A stretch of DNA of 64,000 nt from an uncultured Collinsella sp. (GTDB lineage Bacteria; Actinomycetota; Coriobacteriia; Coriobacteriales; Coriobacteriaceae), in contig CABRBD010000028.1 of the NCBI GenBank assembly GCA_902469185.1, positions 27,644-91,643 on the forward strand. The letters run 5' to 3'. Of this stretch, positions 17,742 to 26,291 are shown one piece after another; position 1 is the stretch's first letter; each line of letters opens with the position of its first letter. Below the pieces are notes generated by a model. The model had not been told where the DNA came from and did no database searches. It was given only the letters and a program-made list of their open reading frames with translations. The position numbers and the translations under genes were made by a program.

Positions 17742-18674
17742 CTAATTGACATGTTTTCCATTGTGACCGAAGGGTGTCTGAGCGTGAAGGGCAAACTTGG
17801 AGGGCGCATACCTTCCATCCATCATGCGCTCGATAAGACCCTCGAGCTCAAGCGAACCCAGGAGTTTGAGTACGCCGACGACATCGAGCGAGACGAGCGC
17901 CGCGATGTCGTCGACCTTGAGCGGAGAGGCGATGAGCGCATGCATCACGGTCTGCTGTGTTTGATCCAGGTCGGCAATGCCGGGAGCATCGGGGCGCGAG
18001 TAGCGCAGGGTGCCGTAGATGCGTGAAATAGCCATCTCGATAGATTCCTCGTCGATGATGCAGCAGGCACCGTTCGCAATGAGGTAATTCGTGCCACGCG
18101 ACTCGGGCGATAGGATCGACCCTGGCACGGCAAGAAGTTCTCGCCCCAAATCCATAGCAGCCTCGGCTGTAGAAAACGTCCCGGAAGGCATACCCGCCTC
18201 GGATACAAAGAGGGCTTGCGACAGGGCCGCGATTACGCGATTGCGGCGCGGAAAGGCAAACTTGCGCGGACCCATGCCCCACGGAGAGATCGACACGACC
18301 GCGCCACCCGTATCGAGCGTGCGCGTAATAAGCCCCGCGCTCGAACGCGGGTAGACCACGTCGGCACCCGTCCCCAGCACCACGACGTGTTTGCCGCCGG
18401 CGTTGACCGCAGCCCAACCCGAGGCCTGGTCACAACCGACCGCGCCGCCCGAAACAACCGTCACGCCCGCCTCGACCGCCACCTTTGCCGCAAGCTCTGC
18501 CACGGCAAGACCATACGGCGAGGCCTTGCGCGCGCCGATGATGGAGAGCGCAGGCGTCGAAAGCATCTCGGGGTTGCCGCGCACATAGAGCGTCTGGGGA
18601 ACATCAGAAAGCTCCAAAACAGTCTCGGGATACAACGCGTCACCTGGATGCAGCTCGAAGGTCCCCTCGGCCAT
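17742..18674 (-). CDS. dprA: DNA-processing protein DprA/Smf
   Basis: IIGARKAS.YG, VSGGAVGCD, FPRRNRVIAALS, C-terminal wHTH; ATG at 18674. Confidence 0.93.
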   Translation of the reverse strand: MAEGTFELHPGDALYPETVLELSDVPQTLYVRGNPEMLSTPALSIIGARKASPYGLAVAELAAKVAVEAGVTVVSGGAVGCDQASGWAAVNAGGKHVVVLGTGADVVYPRSSAGLITRTLDTGGAVVSISPWGMGPRKFAFPRRNRVIAALSQALFVSEAGMPSGTFSTAEAAMDLGRELLAVPGSILSPESRGTNYLIANGACCIIDEESIEMAISRIYGTLRYSRPDAPGIADLDQTQQTVMHALIASPLKVDDIAALVSLDVVGVLKLLGSLELEGLIERMMDGRYAPSKFALHAQTPFGHNGKHVN

Positions 18675-20197
18675 CACTGGTCCCTCCTTCCCTGGTACAT
18701 CGCCGCCTCGAGCACGTGGTCCTGCGTCACCTGCTCGCTCTCGGCGACGTCGGCGATGGTACGCGCGATACGCACCAAGCGTACGATGCCGCGGCCCGTG
18801 AGATGCGTGCGCTTCGACAGGCCGAGCACACACTTCTCCGCCGCATCATCGAGCTCAAAGGTCGAAACGACGCCGTCAATGGACCGCGTCTCGTCATCCT
18901 CGGCCTCGGCATCCGCATCGTCCATACGGGATTCGCGCCAGACGCGAAAAGCGCGACCGCGCACAACGTAGTCACGCAACTCGGCCGACGACATACCCTC
19001 CGCACCCTCGATAATCACTTGGGGGTCGGGACGGGTCACATCGATCATCATGTCGATACGGTCGGCCAAAGGACCGCGCAGTTTAGACCGATAGCGCTCA
19101 ACCATCGCCGCCGAGCAGCGACACGGCACCTCGCGATCGCCCAAAAAGCCGCAGGGGCAGGGATTGCTCGCAGCCAGCAGCTGAAAGCGCGACGGGAAGG
19201 TAAAAGCCCCGTCGACGCGTACGATCCTCACATAGCCGCGTTCGATGGGCTGACGCAGCGTCTGCAGCACACCCGTGGGAAACTCGGCAAGCTCGTCCAA
19301 AAAGAGCACGCCGCCATGAGCCAGGCTGATCTCACCCGGATGCACCGGGCGTCCTCCGCCAATGAGGCCCGCCGTTGAAATACTGTGATGGGGGCTTCGA
19401 AACGGCCGATGACCTGCCAATAAGCCATCGATGTTCTCGCCCAAGACCGAATGGATGCACAGCGCCTCCTGCTGATCCTCAACGGAAAGCTCGGGCAGGA
19501 TGCCGGTCATACGGCGCGCAAGCATCGTCTTGCCCGATCCCGGGGACCCAATCATGAGCAAGCCGAGTTCTCCTGCCGCCGCAAGCGCCATGCCGCGTTT
19601 GGCAACCTCCTGCCCCAGCACGTCGGCATAGTCGAGCTCAGGCTCAAAGGTCGCCTCGACGACCTCGGAATCCAGATAGTGCCGAGCCGCCTCGCCCATG
19701 CCATGGGCAAGCTGAGACAAATGATCGATAAATCCGCAATCCACGCCCGCAAGCGGCACATGCTGATCGGACCTGCCGGCGATAAAGGACAGCCCCATAT
19801 CACGCGCCAATAGCTGAAACGCCACCTCGCCCTTGACGGGAAGCACCGTACCGTCCAAGCCGAGCTCGCCGGCGATAAGGCAGCGATCGAGGTTGTCACG
19901 GGGAATCTGCCCATCGGCCGCCAGAACCGCGATGGCGATGGGCAGATCAAAGCCGCTACCGGTCTTGCGAATATCGCCAGGCGCCAGATTGACCGTAATG
20001 CCCGAGCGCGGGATTTCGAACCCGGCGGAGCGCATCGCGCAGCGAATACGACCGCGTGACTCCATCACCTCCATACTCGGAATGCCGAGCATCTGAATGC
20101 CCGGAACGCCGCCGGCAAGCGAGACCTCGACCGTGACGTGAATCGCCTCGACGCCACGGATGCAGGCCGCGTGAACGGCAAACGTCTCGAACGCCAT
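18674..20197 (-). CDS. comM: ComM/YifB Mg-chelatase-like AAA+ ATPase
   Basis: NLAPGDIRKTG, GSPGSGKT, RSPHHS, GEISLAHGGVLFLDE, NPCPCG. Confidence 0.93.
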   Translation of the reverse strand: MAFETFAVHAACIRGVEAIHVTVEVSLAGGVPGIQMLGIPSMEVMESRGRIRCAMRSAGFEIPRSGITVNLAPGDIRKTGSGFDLPIAIAVLAADGQIPRDNLDRCLIAGELGLDGTVLPVKGEVAFQLLARDMGLSFIAGRSDQHVPLAGVDCGFIDHLSQLAHGMGEAARHYLDSEVVEATFEPELDYADVLGQEVAKRGMALAAAGELGLLMIGSPGSGKTMLARRMTGILPELSVEDQQEALCIHSVLGENIDGLLAGHRPFRSPHHSISTAGLIGGGRPVHPGEISLAHGGVLFLDELAEFPTGVLQTLRQPIERGYVRIVRVDGAFTFPSRFQLLAASNPCPCGFLGDREVPCRCSAAMVERYRSKLRGPLADRIDMMIDVTRPDPQVIIEGAEGMSSAELRDYVVRGRAFRVWRESRMDDADAEAEDDETRSIDGVVSTFELDDAAEKCVLGLSKRTHLTGRGIVRLVRIARTIADVAESEQVTQDHVLEAAMYQGRRDQ

Positions 20198-20682
20198 CAC
20201 GACACCTGCCAATCGAACGCGTTGTACTGATGCTCGATCTCAGCGATATGCCCGCCGCGAATGGTGACACCCACGGCATCGAAGCGAATCGCCTTGAGCG
20301 GATAATGATCCATGAGATAGCAACTTGCGATGCGGCGGTAGCGGCGTTGCTTTTGGGCGTCCACGGCCTCCTCGGGAAAGACCCGCGTGCTGCAATCCAG
20401 TGCGACGCGTCTGGTCTTGACCTCGGCCATCACCACGACATCGTCGAGCTCATCGAGCAGCACCAGATCGGCCTCGCCCTCGGTGCAACGATAACCCTGC
20501 TCCAGCAAGGTGTAACCGCGCTCGTTAAAGTAGTCGATGGTGATCAGCTCGCCCAGCATGCCCAGCTCGCGGGGACTGAGCCCCTTGATAAACTCGGGCG
20601 TCATCGCCCCGCAGTCGAGCTCGCCGTTTTCCCAACGCTCCTTGAGCTGCTGCGTCTTGCTCTTTTTGCTTGCGGCACTCAT
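20197..20682 (-). CDS. yraN: YraN/UPF0102 family PD-(D/E)XK nuclease
   Basis: LGMLGE, GEADLV, EVKTR, EAVD, RFDAV; lies next to comM. Confidence 0.9.
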   Translation of the reverse strand: MSAASKKSKTQQLKERWENGELDCGAMTPEFIKGLSPRELGMLGELITIDYFNERGYTLLEQGYRCTEGEADLVLLDELDDVVVMAEVKTRRVALDCSTRVFPEEAVDAQKQRRYRRIASCYLMDHYPLKAIRFDAVGVTIRGGHIAEIEHQYNAFDWQVS

Positions 20683-20780
20683 GGGGTCTCCTTTCCCGCA
20701 CGCTGCATTGCCCCGATGATGAGGGCACCTTTCATGCGGGTAAGTACCGGAAGCAAACCAAAAGCTGACCAAATGCCGTC

Positions 20781-20823
20781 AAAAAACGGGCCGTACGCAG
20801 CAATGGTGTTGCATACGGCCCGC
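20781..20823 (-). terminator. Terminator after rnhB
   Basis: aaaaaa-cgggccgtacgcagca..tgttgcatacggcccg hairpin. Confidence 0.75.
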
Positions 20824-20871
20824 TACCAGCAGGTTTATAAAACCCCTGAGGTCCCTGTCTCCACAATTGAC

Positions 20872-21660
20872 CTAGAAAAGGCGCTCAGTCTGCAGAAAGT
20901 TTCCGCAAAAGCTCACGCGGTGCAGTGGACAAAGTCCATGTTTGCGAATGGCCTCGATATGCTCGGGGCTTGCATAGCCCTTCGACTCGGCCAGATGGTA
21001 CTCGGGATACTCGGCGTCGTACTCGACCATCATCTCGTCACGCGTGACCTTGGCCATGATGGACGCCGCGGCGATGCAGGCGATTTTGGCATCACCCTTC
21101 ACCACATCGCGCTCGTTAGGAACGGCGCCCAAGGGGTTGCCATCCATGAGGACGCAGTCGGGTTCAAGTCCCGTATCGGCCACGGCGCCCGCAACGGCAG
21201 TACGGATAGCACGGGCCATGCCCATCTCATCGATATCCGCAGGAGCGATATGGCAAAAGCCGATGGCAGTCGCCACCTCGGCTATCTTCACCGAGAGCAG
21301 CTCGCGGCGCGCGGGCGTGAGCTTTTTGGAATCGTTGATGCCCCAGATGCGCGGCTCCATGGGAAGGCACACGGCGCACACCGTCAAGGGACCGGCAACC
21401 GATCCGCGACCCACCTCGTCGACACCAACGATCACCCCATCGCCGCCAAGCTCATGCATAAGCTCGTACATGCCATTGACGCGCTCGCGCTCGGCAACCT
21501 CTTTGGCATGGCGTTTGAGGGCGCGTTCACAAGCCTTGATCACCTGCTGGCGCGGGTCCTCGCGATAATGCTCCACGAGGGCGGGGATCTCCTCAAACGT
21601 TGCGCTCGCCAGCTCTCCGGCAACCTGCGATGCCGAAACCGAGCTCGTCATATTGGCCAT
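20872..21660 (-). CDS. rnhB: Ribonuclease HII
   Basis: GVDEVGRG, DSKKL, KGDA, AAASIMAKVTRD, KGY. Confidence 0.96.
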   Translation of the reverse strand: MANMTSSVSASQVAGELASATFEEIPALVEHYREDPRQQVIKACERALKRHAKEVAERERVNGMYELMHELGGDGVIVGVDEVGRGSVAGPLTVCAVCLPMEPRIWGINDSKKLTPARRELLSVKIAEVATAIGFCHIAPADIDEMGMARAIRTAVAGAVADTGLEPDCVLMDGNPLGAVPNERDVVKGDAKIACIAAASIMAKVTRDEMMVEYDAEYPEYHLAESKGYASPEHIEAIRKHGLCPLHRVSFCGNFLQTERLF

Positions 21661-21689
21661 ACCAGGCCCTCCTTGCATGCAAATCAGAT

Positions 21690-21719
21690 AAAAAGAAGGG
21701 CCACCCGAAGGTGACCCTT
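21690..21719 (-). terminator. Terminator after rplS
   Basis: aagggccacc-cgaa-ggtgaccctt with a U tract on the - strand. Confidence 0.8.
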
Positions 21720-21753
21720 GTGTCCAAACGAGTGGACAGACGCTGCGATCTTC

Positions 21754-22095
21754 TTAGCGCTTCTCGGGGATGCGAGCAGCCTTGCCTACCTTGTCGCGGA
21801 GGTAGTACAGCTTGGCGCGACGGACGCGACCATGACGAACGACCTCGAGCTTGGCGATCTTGGGGCTGTGAAGCGGGAAGGTACGCTCAACACCGACACC
21901 GAAGGACATCTTGCGGACGGTGAAGGTCTCGCGGGCACCGGCGCCGGCCATGCGGATGACGTCACCCTGGAAGACCTGGATGCGCTCGCGGTCGCCTTCC
22001 TTAATGCGGTAGTGAACCTTGACGTTGTCGGCGACGCGAACCTGAGGAATGTCCTCGCGGATCTGCTGACGCTCGATTGCGCGGATGTAATCCAT
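21754..22095 (-). CDS. rplS: 50S ribosomal protein L19
   Basis: [32 protein letters not shown]. Confidence 0.98.
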   Translation of the reverse strand: MDYIRAIERQQIREDIPQVRVADNVKVHYRIKEGDRERIQVFQGDVIRMAGAGARETFTVRKMSFGVGVERTFPLHSPKIAKLEVVRHGRVRRAKLYYLRDKVGKAARIPEKR

Positions 22096-22304
22096 GTGCA
22101 ATTCCTTACTCTTCTAGAGGTGCCGTACCACCTTGGCCGGCACGTAGTTGAACAAACGTATTCGAGTATACACGCGCGGGTTTCTGCTGCAAGAACAATT
22201 TTTTACGCAGACAAAAAGACAAAACCCGCACATGATAACCGCCCGCCTCACGAATGAGACGGGCGGTATGAAGGGGCGCTACGCTAGGCGTCGATGCGCA
22301 GGGG

Positions 22305-25055
22305 CTAGGCGTTGCGCTTGGCCTCGAGCTTGGCCTGAGCGGCAGCCAGGCGCGCGAGGGGCACGCGATAGGGCGAGCAGGACACGTAGTCCACGTCGGC
22401 CACGTTAAACAGGCCCTTGATGGACTTGGGGTCGCCGCCGTGCTCGCCGCACACGCCAAAGTGCATGTCGGGATTGGTGGCGCGACCCTTCTCCACGGCC
22501 ATGCGCACGAGCTCGAGAACCGCCGTGTCGATGGTCTCGAAGGGGTTGTCCTTCAGGATCTTCTTGTGCAGGTACAGCGGAATGAACTTGGCCTCGGCAT
22601 CGTCGCGGGAGAAGCCAAAGGTCGTCTGGGTAAGGTCGTTGGTGCCAAAGCAGAAGAAGTCGGCGTGCTGGGCGATCTCGTCGGCGACCATGCAGGCGCG
22701 CGGCAGCTCGAGCATCGTGCCCACGGGAATGTTGAGCTCGACGCCCTCCTCGGCGGAAACCTTGGCGATGACACGCTCGATGACCTCGCGGGTCTGGACA
22801 TGCTCTGCCGTGATGGAAACGAGCGGAACCATGATCTCGGGGCGTGGGTCGACACCCTCCTTGATAAGGCGGGCAGCAGCCGTGGCGACGGCGCGAACCT
22901 GCATGAGCGGCAGATCGCTAAAGACGACGGACAGGCGCACACCACGCAGGCCGAGCATCGGGTTGGACTCGACCATGCCGTCGATACGACGCAGGCGGGC
23001 ACGCAGGGCGGCAAGCTCTTCCTCGCTGGCGCCAGCGGCTTCCTTCTTAGTGATGGCGACCTCAAGCTCGCGAGGATCATCCAGGAACTCATGCAGCGGC
23101 GGATCGAGCAGGCGAACGACCACATCGCGGCCGGACATGGTCTTGAACATCGCCAAGAAGTCCTCGGTCTGAACCTTGAGCAGGTCGGCCAGGGCCTGCT
23201 GCTTCACGGCCTCATCGTCAGACAGGATAAAGCTCTGGATGATGTTCTTGCGATCGCCCAGGAACATGTGCTCGGTGCGGCACAGACCGATGGCCTCGGC
23301 GCCAAACTCGAGCGCGAGCGCAGCATCCTCGGGGTTGTCGGCGTTGACGCGCACGTGGTTGGCGTGACCGTCGGTCTCGTCCAAACGGATCTCATCGGCC
23401 CAAGACAGGATGGTGTCCAGGTCGCCGGTGAGCTCTGCAGAGACCAGGTCGACCGCGCCGTCGACGACGATACCCTGGGTGCCGTCGATGGAGATGACAT
23501 CGCCCTCGCGCAGCACGCGGTCGCTGCCCTCGATGCGCACGACCTTCTCTGCCGCGTCAATGTGGAAGCGCTCAACGCCGCAAACGCAGGGCGTACCCAT
23601 GCCGCGGGCGATAACGGCGGCATGGCTCGTCTTGCCACCGTGGCTGGTCAGGATGCCCTCGGCGGCGACCATGCCCTTCAGGTCGTCGGGGTTGGTCTCC
23701 CAGCGAACCAAAATGACTTTATGCCCCTCGGCGGAACGTGCAACGGCGTCATCGCTCGAGAACACGACCTCGCCCACGGCGGCACCGGGGCTGGCGTTCA
23801 GACCGCTGGCCAGCGCCTCGTACTTCTTGGAGGCGTCGAACTGCGGGTGCAGGAGCTGGTCGAGCTGCGCGGGATCGATGCGGCTCACGGCCTCCTCGCG
23901 GGTGATGAGGCCCTCCTCGACCATCTCGATGGCGATGCGCAGGGCGGCGGTGGCGGTGCGCTTGCCCACTCGGGTCTGGAGCATCCAGAGCTTGCCCTGC
24001 TCGATGGTGAACTCGATATCGCACATATCGCGATAGTGATCCTCGAGCGTCAGGAACACGCGCTCGAGCTCCTCGCCTGCGGACTCGAGGCCCGGAGTGT
24101 TCTTGAGGTCGGCGATGGGCTCGGTGTTGCGGATACCGGCGACGACGTCCTCGCCCTGGGCGTTCACCAAGAAGTCGCCGTAGAACTCCTTGGTGCCATC
24201 GGCCGGGTTGCGCGTAAAGGCGACGCCGGTCGCGGAGGTCTCGCCCTTGTTACCAAAAGCCATGGCCTGAACGTTGACGGCGGTACCGAGCTCGTCGGAG
24301 ATACCATGCTGCTTGCGGTAGATGCAGGCACGCTCGTTCATCCAGCTGCCAAAGACAGCCTGGATGGCAAGGCGTAGCTGAAGCTCCGGGTCGTGCGGGA
24401 AGACGGGCTTGCCGTCAGCGACCTCGAGCTCGGGATACAGGGCAGCCTCGACGTTCTCGGAGAAGATGCCCTTGAAGGTCTCGACGAGTTCCTGCAGGTC
24501 CTCGGCCGAAAGCTCGGAATCGACGCGAACGCCGGCGACCAGGCGTGCCTGGGTCAGGGCGTTCTCGAACAGGTCGGCGTCAACGCCCATGACGACGTTG
24601 GAAAACATCTGGATAAAGCGGCGGTAGCTATCCCAGGCAAAGCGCGGGTTTTGCGTCTGGGCAATAAGACCCTGAACAGAGTCGTCGTTGAGACCCAAGT
24701 TGAGGACCGTGTCCATCATACCGGGCATGGAGAACGGAGCGCCCGAGCGGACCGACACGAGCAGCGGATCGGAGGCGTCGCCGAGCTTTTTGCCGCAACG
24801 GGCCTCGAGGTCTGCCTCGGCGGCAACGATCTCATCGAGTGCGCCTTCGGGCCAGACGTTGCCGGCACCGGAGTACTCGACACAGGTCTGGCAGGTAATA
24901 GTAAAGCCACCGGGAACCGGCAGGCCGATACGGCTCATCTCGGCAAGGTTAGCGCCCTTGCCACCAAGCACGAAGTTCATGGACTTGTCGCCCTCGGTGA
25001 CACAGGTGCCCTGGGCGTCGGTTCCAAAACGGTAAACCCTCTTGCAATCGCTCAC
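22305..25055 (-). CDS. ppdK: Pyruvate, phosphate dikinase
   Basis: LGGKGANL, SVRSGA, GGKTSHAAV (phospho-His), GLCRTEHMF, FGTNDLTQ, CGEHGGDP. Confidence 0.97.
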   Translation of the reverse strand: MSDCKRVYRFGTDAQGTCVTEGDKSMNFVLGGKGANLAEMSRIGLPVPGGFTITCQTCVEYSGAGNVWPEGALDEIVAAEADLEARCGKKLGDASDPLLVSVRSGAPFSMPGMMDTVLNLGLNDDSVQGLIAQTQNPRFAWDSYRRFIQMFSNVVMGVDADLFENALTQARLVAGVRVDSELSAEDLQELVETFKGIFSENVEAALYPELEVADGKPVFPHDPELQLRLAIQAVFGSWMNERACIYRKQHGISDELGTAVNVQAMAFGNKGETSATGVAFTRNPADGTKEFYGDFLVNAQGEDVVAGIRNTEPIADLKNTPGLESAGEELERVFLTLEDHYRDMCDIEFTIEQGKLWMLQTRVGKRTATAALRIAIEMVEEGLITREEAVSRIDPAQLDQLLHPQFDASKKYEALASGLNASPGAAVGEVVFSSDDAVARSAEGHKVILVRWETNPDDLKGMVAAEGILTSHGGKTSHAAVIARGMGTPCVCGVERFHIDAAEKVVRIEGSDRVLREGDVISIDGTQGIVVDGAVDLVSAELTGDLDTILSWADEIRLDETDGHANHVRVNADNPEDAALALEFGAEAIGLCRTEHMFLGDRKNIIQSFILSDDEAVKQQALADLLKVQTEDFLAMFKTMSGRDVVVRLLDPPLHEFLDDPRELEVAITKKEAAGASEEELAALRARLRRIDGMVESNPMLGLRGVRLSVVFSDLPLMQVRAVATAAARLIKEGVDPRPEIMVPLVSITAEHVQTREVIERVIAKVSAEEGVELNIPVGTMLELPRACMVADEIAQHADFFCFGTNDLTQTTFGFSRDDAEAKFIPLYLHKKILKDNPFETIDTAVLELVRMAVEKGRATNPDMHFGVCGEHGGDPKSIKGLFNVADVDYVSCSPYRVPLARLAAAQAKLEAKRNA

Positions 25056-25319
25056 GATACTTCCCCTTCCATGCGCTCTCGCACACGACCGTGGTAACGA
25101 ATCGACCCACCGGATGCGGGCCGTGAGGGAACTATACGGCGCGTTTTGGGCAGGCTTGAGCAGAGGGTGCGCGGTTTGGTAAACGTGCTAAAACTGGCGG
25201 TAAACGGTAGGTAAAGGTGGTTACCTTATGAAGATACCACTACAAGGAAAATGCAGGTCGGATGCGATGTTTTTGCTAAATCGCTTTACCGTTTATCAGC
25301 ATTATTTCCAAGTATTCTC

Positions 25320-25385
25320 TTTGGGTAGCTAAAAGAGCCCCGTCCCAAATTAGCTACCCAAACAACCTTGTCCCAAGTGAGCTAC
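25320..25385 (-). repeat. Orphan REP-like hairpin (RAYT-2 type core) plus a partial second unit
   Basis: Perfect 13-bp arms tttgggtagctaa/ttagctacccaaa around loop aagagCCCCGTCCCaaa; a second half-unit ccttGTCCCaagtgagctac follows. Confidence 0.75.
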
Positions 25386-26257
25386 TTTTGTTGAGCGCGG
25401 CGGGCGGCACGGCGGGCTCTTGCCTCTTGAATCTCTTCGAGGTGAGCAATGATCTCGGCAGCGCTTTCCTCGATGGCCTTGCCATCGGTACGCACTACAA
25501 AGCAGCCCAGGCGTTTCATGAGCGCGCGGGCTTCCGCAAGCTCACTACGCACGCTCTCGGGTTCGGCATAGGAGCCGGCAACGGCACGGGCGTAATCATC
25601 GCCCAAGCGGCTATCGCGAATTTCGGAAATCACATCGACGGTCGAAATCAGACCAAACAACCGCATCGGGTCGACCTCGTAGATCGACTTAGGCGGCTCC
25701 ATACCATGCGCTAACGGAACATTGGCAACCTTGTAGCCCTGATAGGCCAAATACATCGACAACGGCGTCTTGGACGTGCGAGATACACCCAGCAGCACGA
25801 TATCGGCACCCGACAGATCGTCACAACCACGACCGTCATCGTGCTCAACGAAATACTCCATAGCCTCGATACGATGGAAATAGCGGTCATCGGTCTTGTG
25901 AATCACGCCCGCAACGCCCTTGGGCGGCACACCGAGGAGCGACGACAGCACGGCAAGCGTCGGGCCGATCAGGTCGACCGAACGGATATGCAGCATGCCC
26001 AAATAGTCGAGCACGCGAGCGCGAAGCGCCGGATCGACAATGGTGTGGAACACGGCGATATCGCGATGGTCTGCATCGACACGCGATCCCACAAACGATT
26101 TAACCTGCTCCACCGAGGTCACCTTGGGCAGGCGCAAGAGATGAAAAGCCCCTTCATCAAATTGCCCGGACGCCGCAAGCACCACCTCACAAGCGGTATC
26201 ACCGAGCGAGTCGGAGATAACGATGACGGTGGGACGAGCGGTGACCAGGCAATCCAT
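25382..26257 (-). CDS. PPDK/PEPS regulatory kinase-phosphorylase (DUF299)
   Basis: ISDSLGDT, RIEAMEYFVEHDDG, LGVSRTSKTPLSMYLA; adjacent to ppdK. Confidence 0.93.
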   Translation of the reverse strand: MDCLVTARPTVIVISDSLGDTACEVVLAASGQFDEGAFHLLRLPKVTSVEQVKSFVGSRVDADHRDIAVFHTIVDPALRARVLDYLGMLHIRSVDLIGPTLAVLSSLLGVPPKGVAGVIHKTDDRYFHRIEAMEYFVEHDDGRGCDDLSGADIVLLGVSRTSKTPLSMYLAYQGYKVANVPLAHGMEPPKSIYEVDPMRLFGLISTVDVISEIRDSRLGDDYARAVAGSYAEPESVRSELAEARALMKRLGCFVVRTDGKAIEESAAEIIAHLEEIQEARARRAARRAQQK

Positions 26258-26291
26258 GCGGGGCTCCTTTTGCGCTTATGCGCAGGCTGGC

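Noticed and set aside
20831..20873. ccctgtctcc motif after rnhB resembling the GGGACAG core
   Set aside because: The core is mutated (GAGAC) and no convincing arms exist at the expected axis; at most a decayed remnant.
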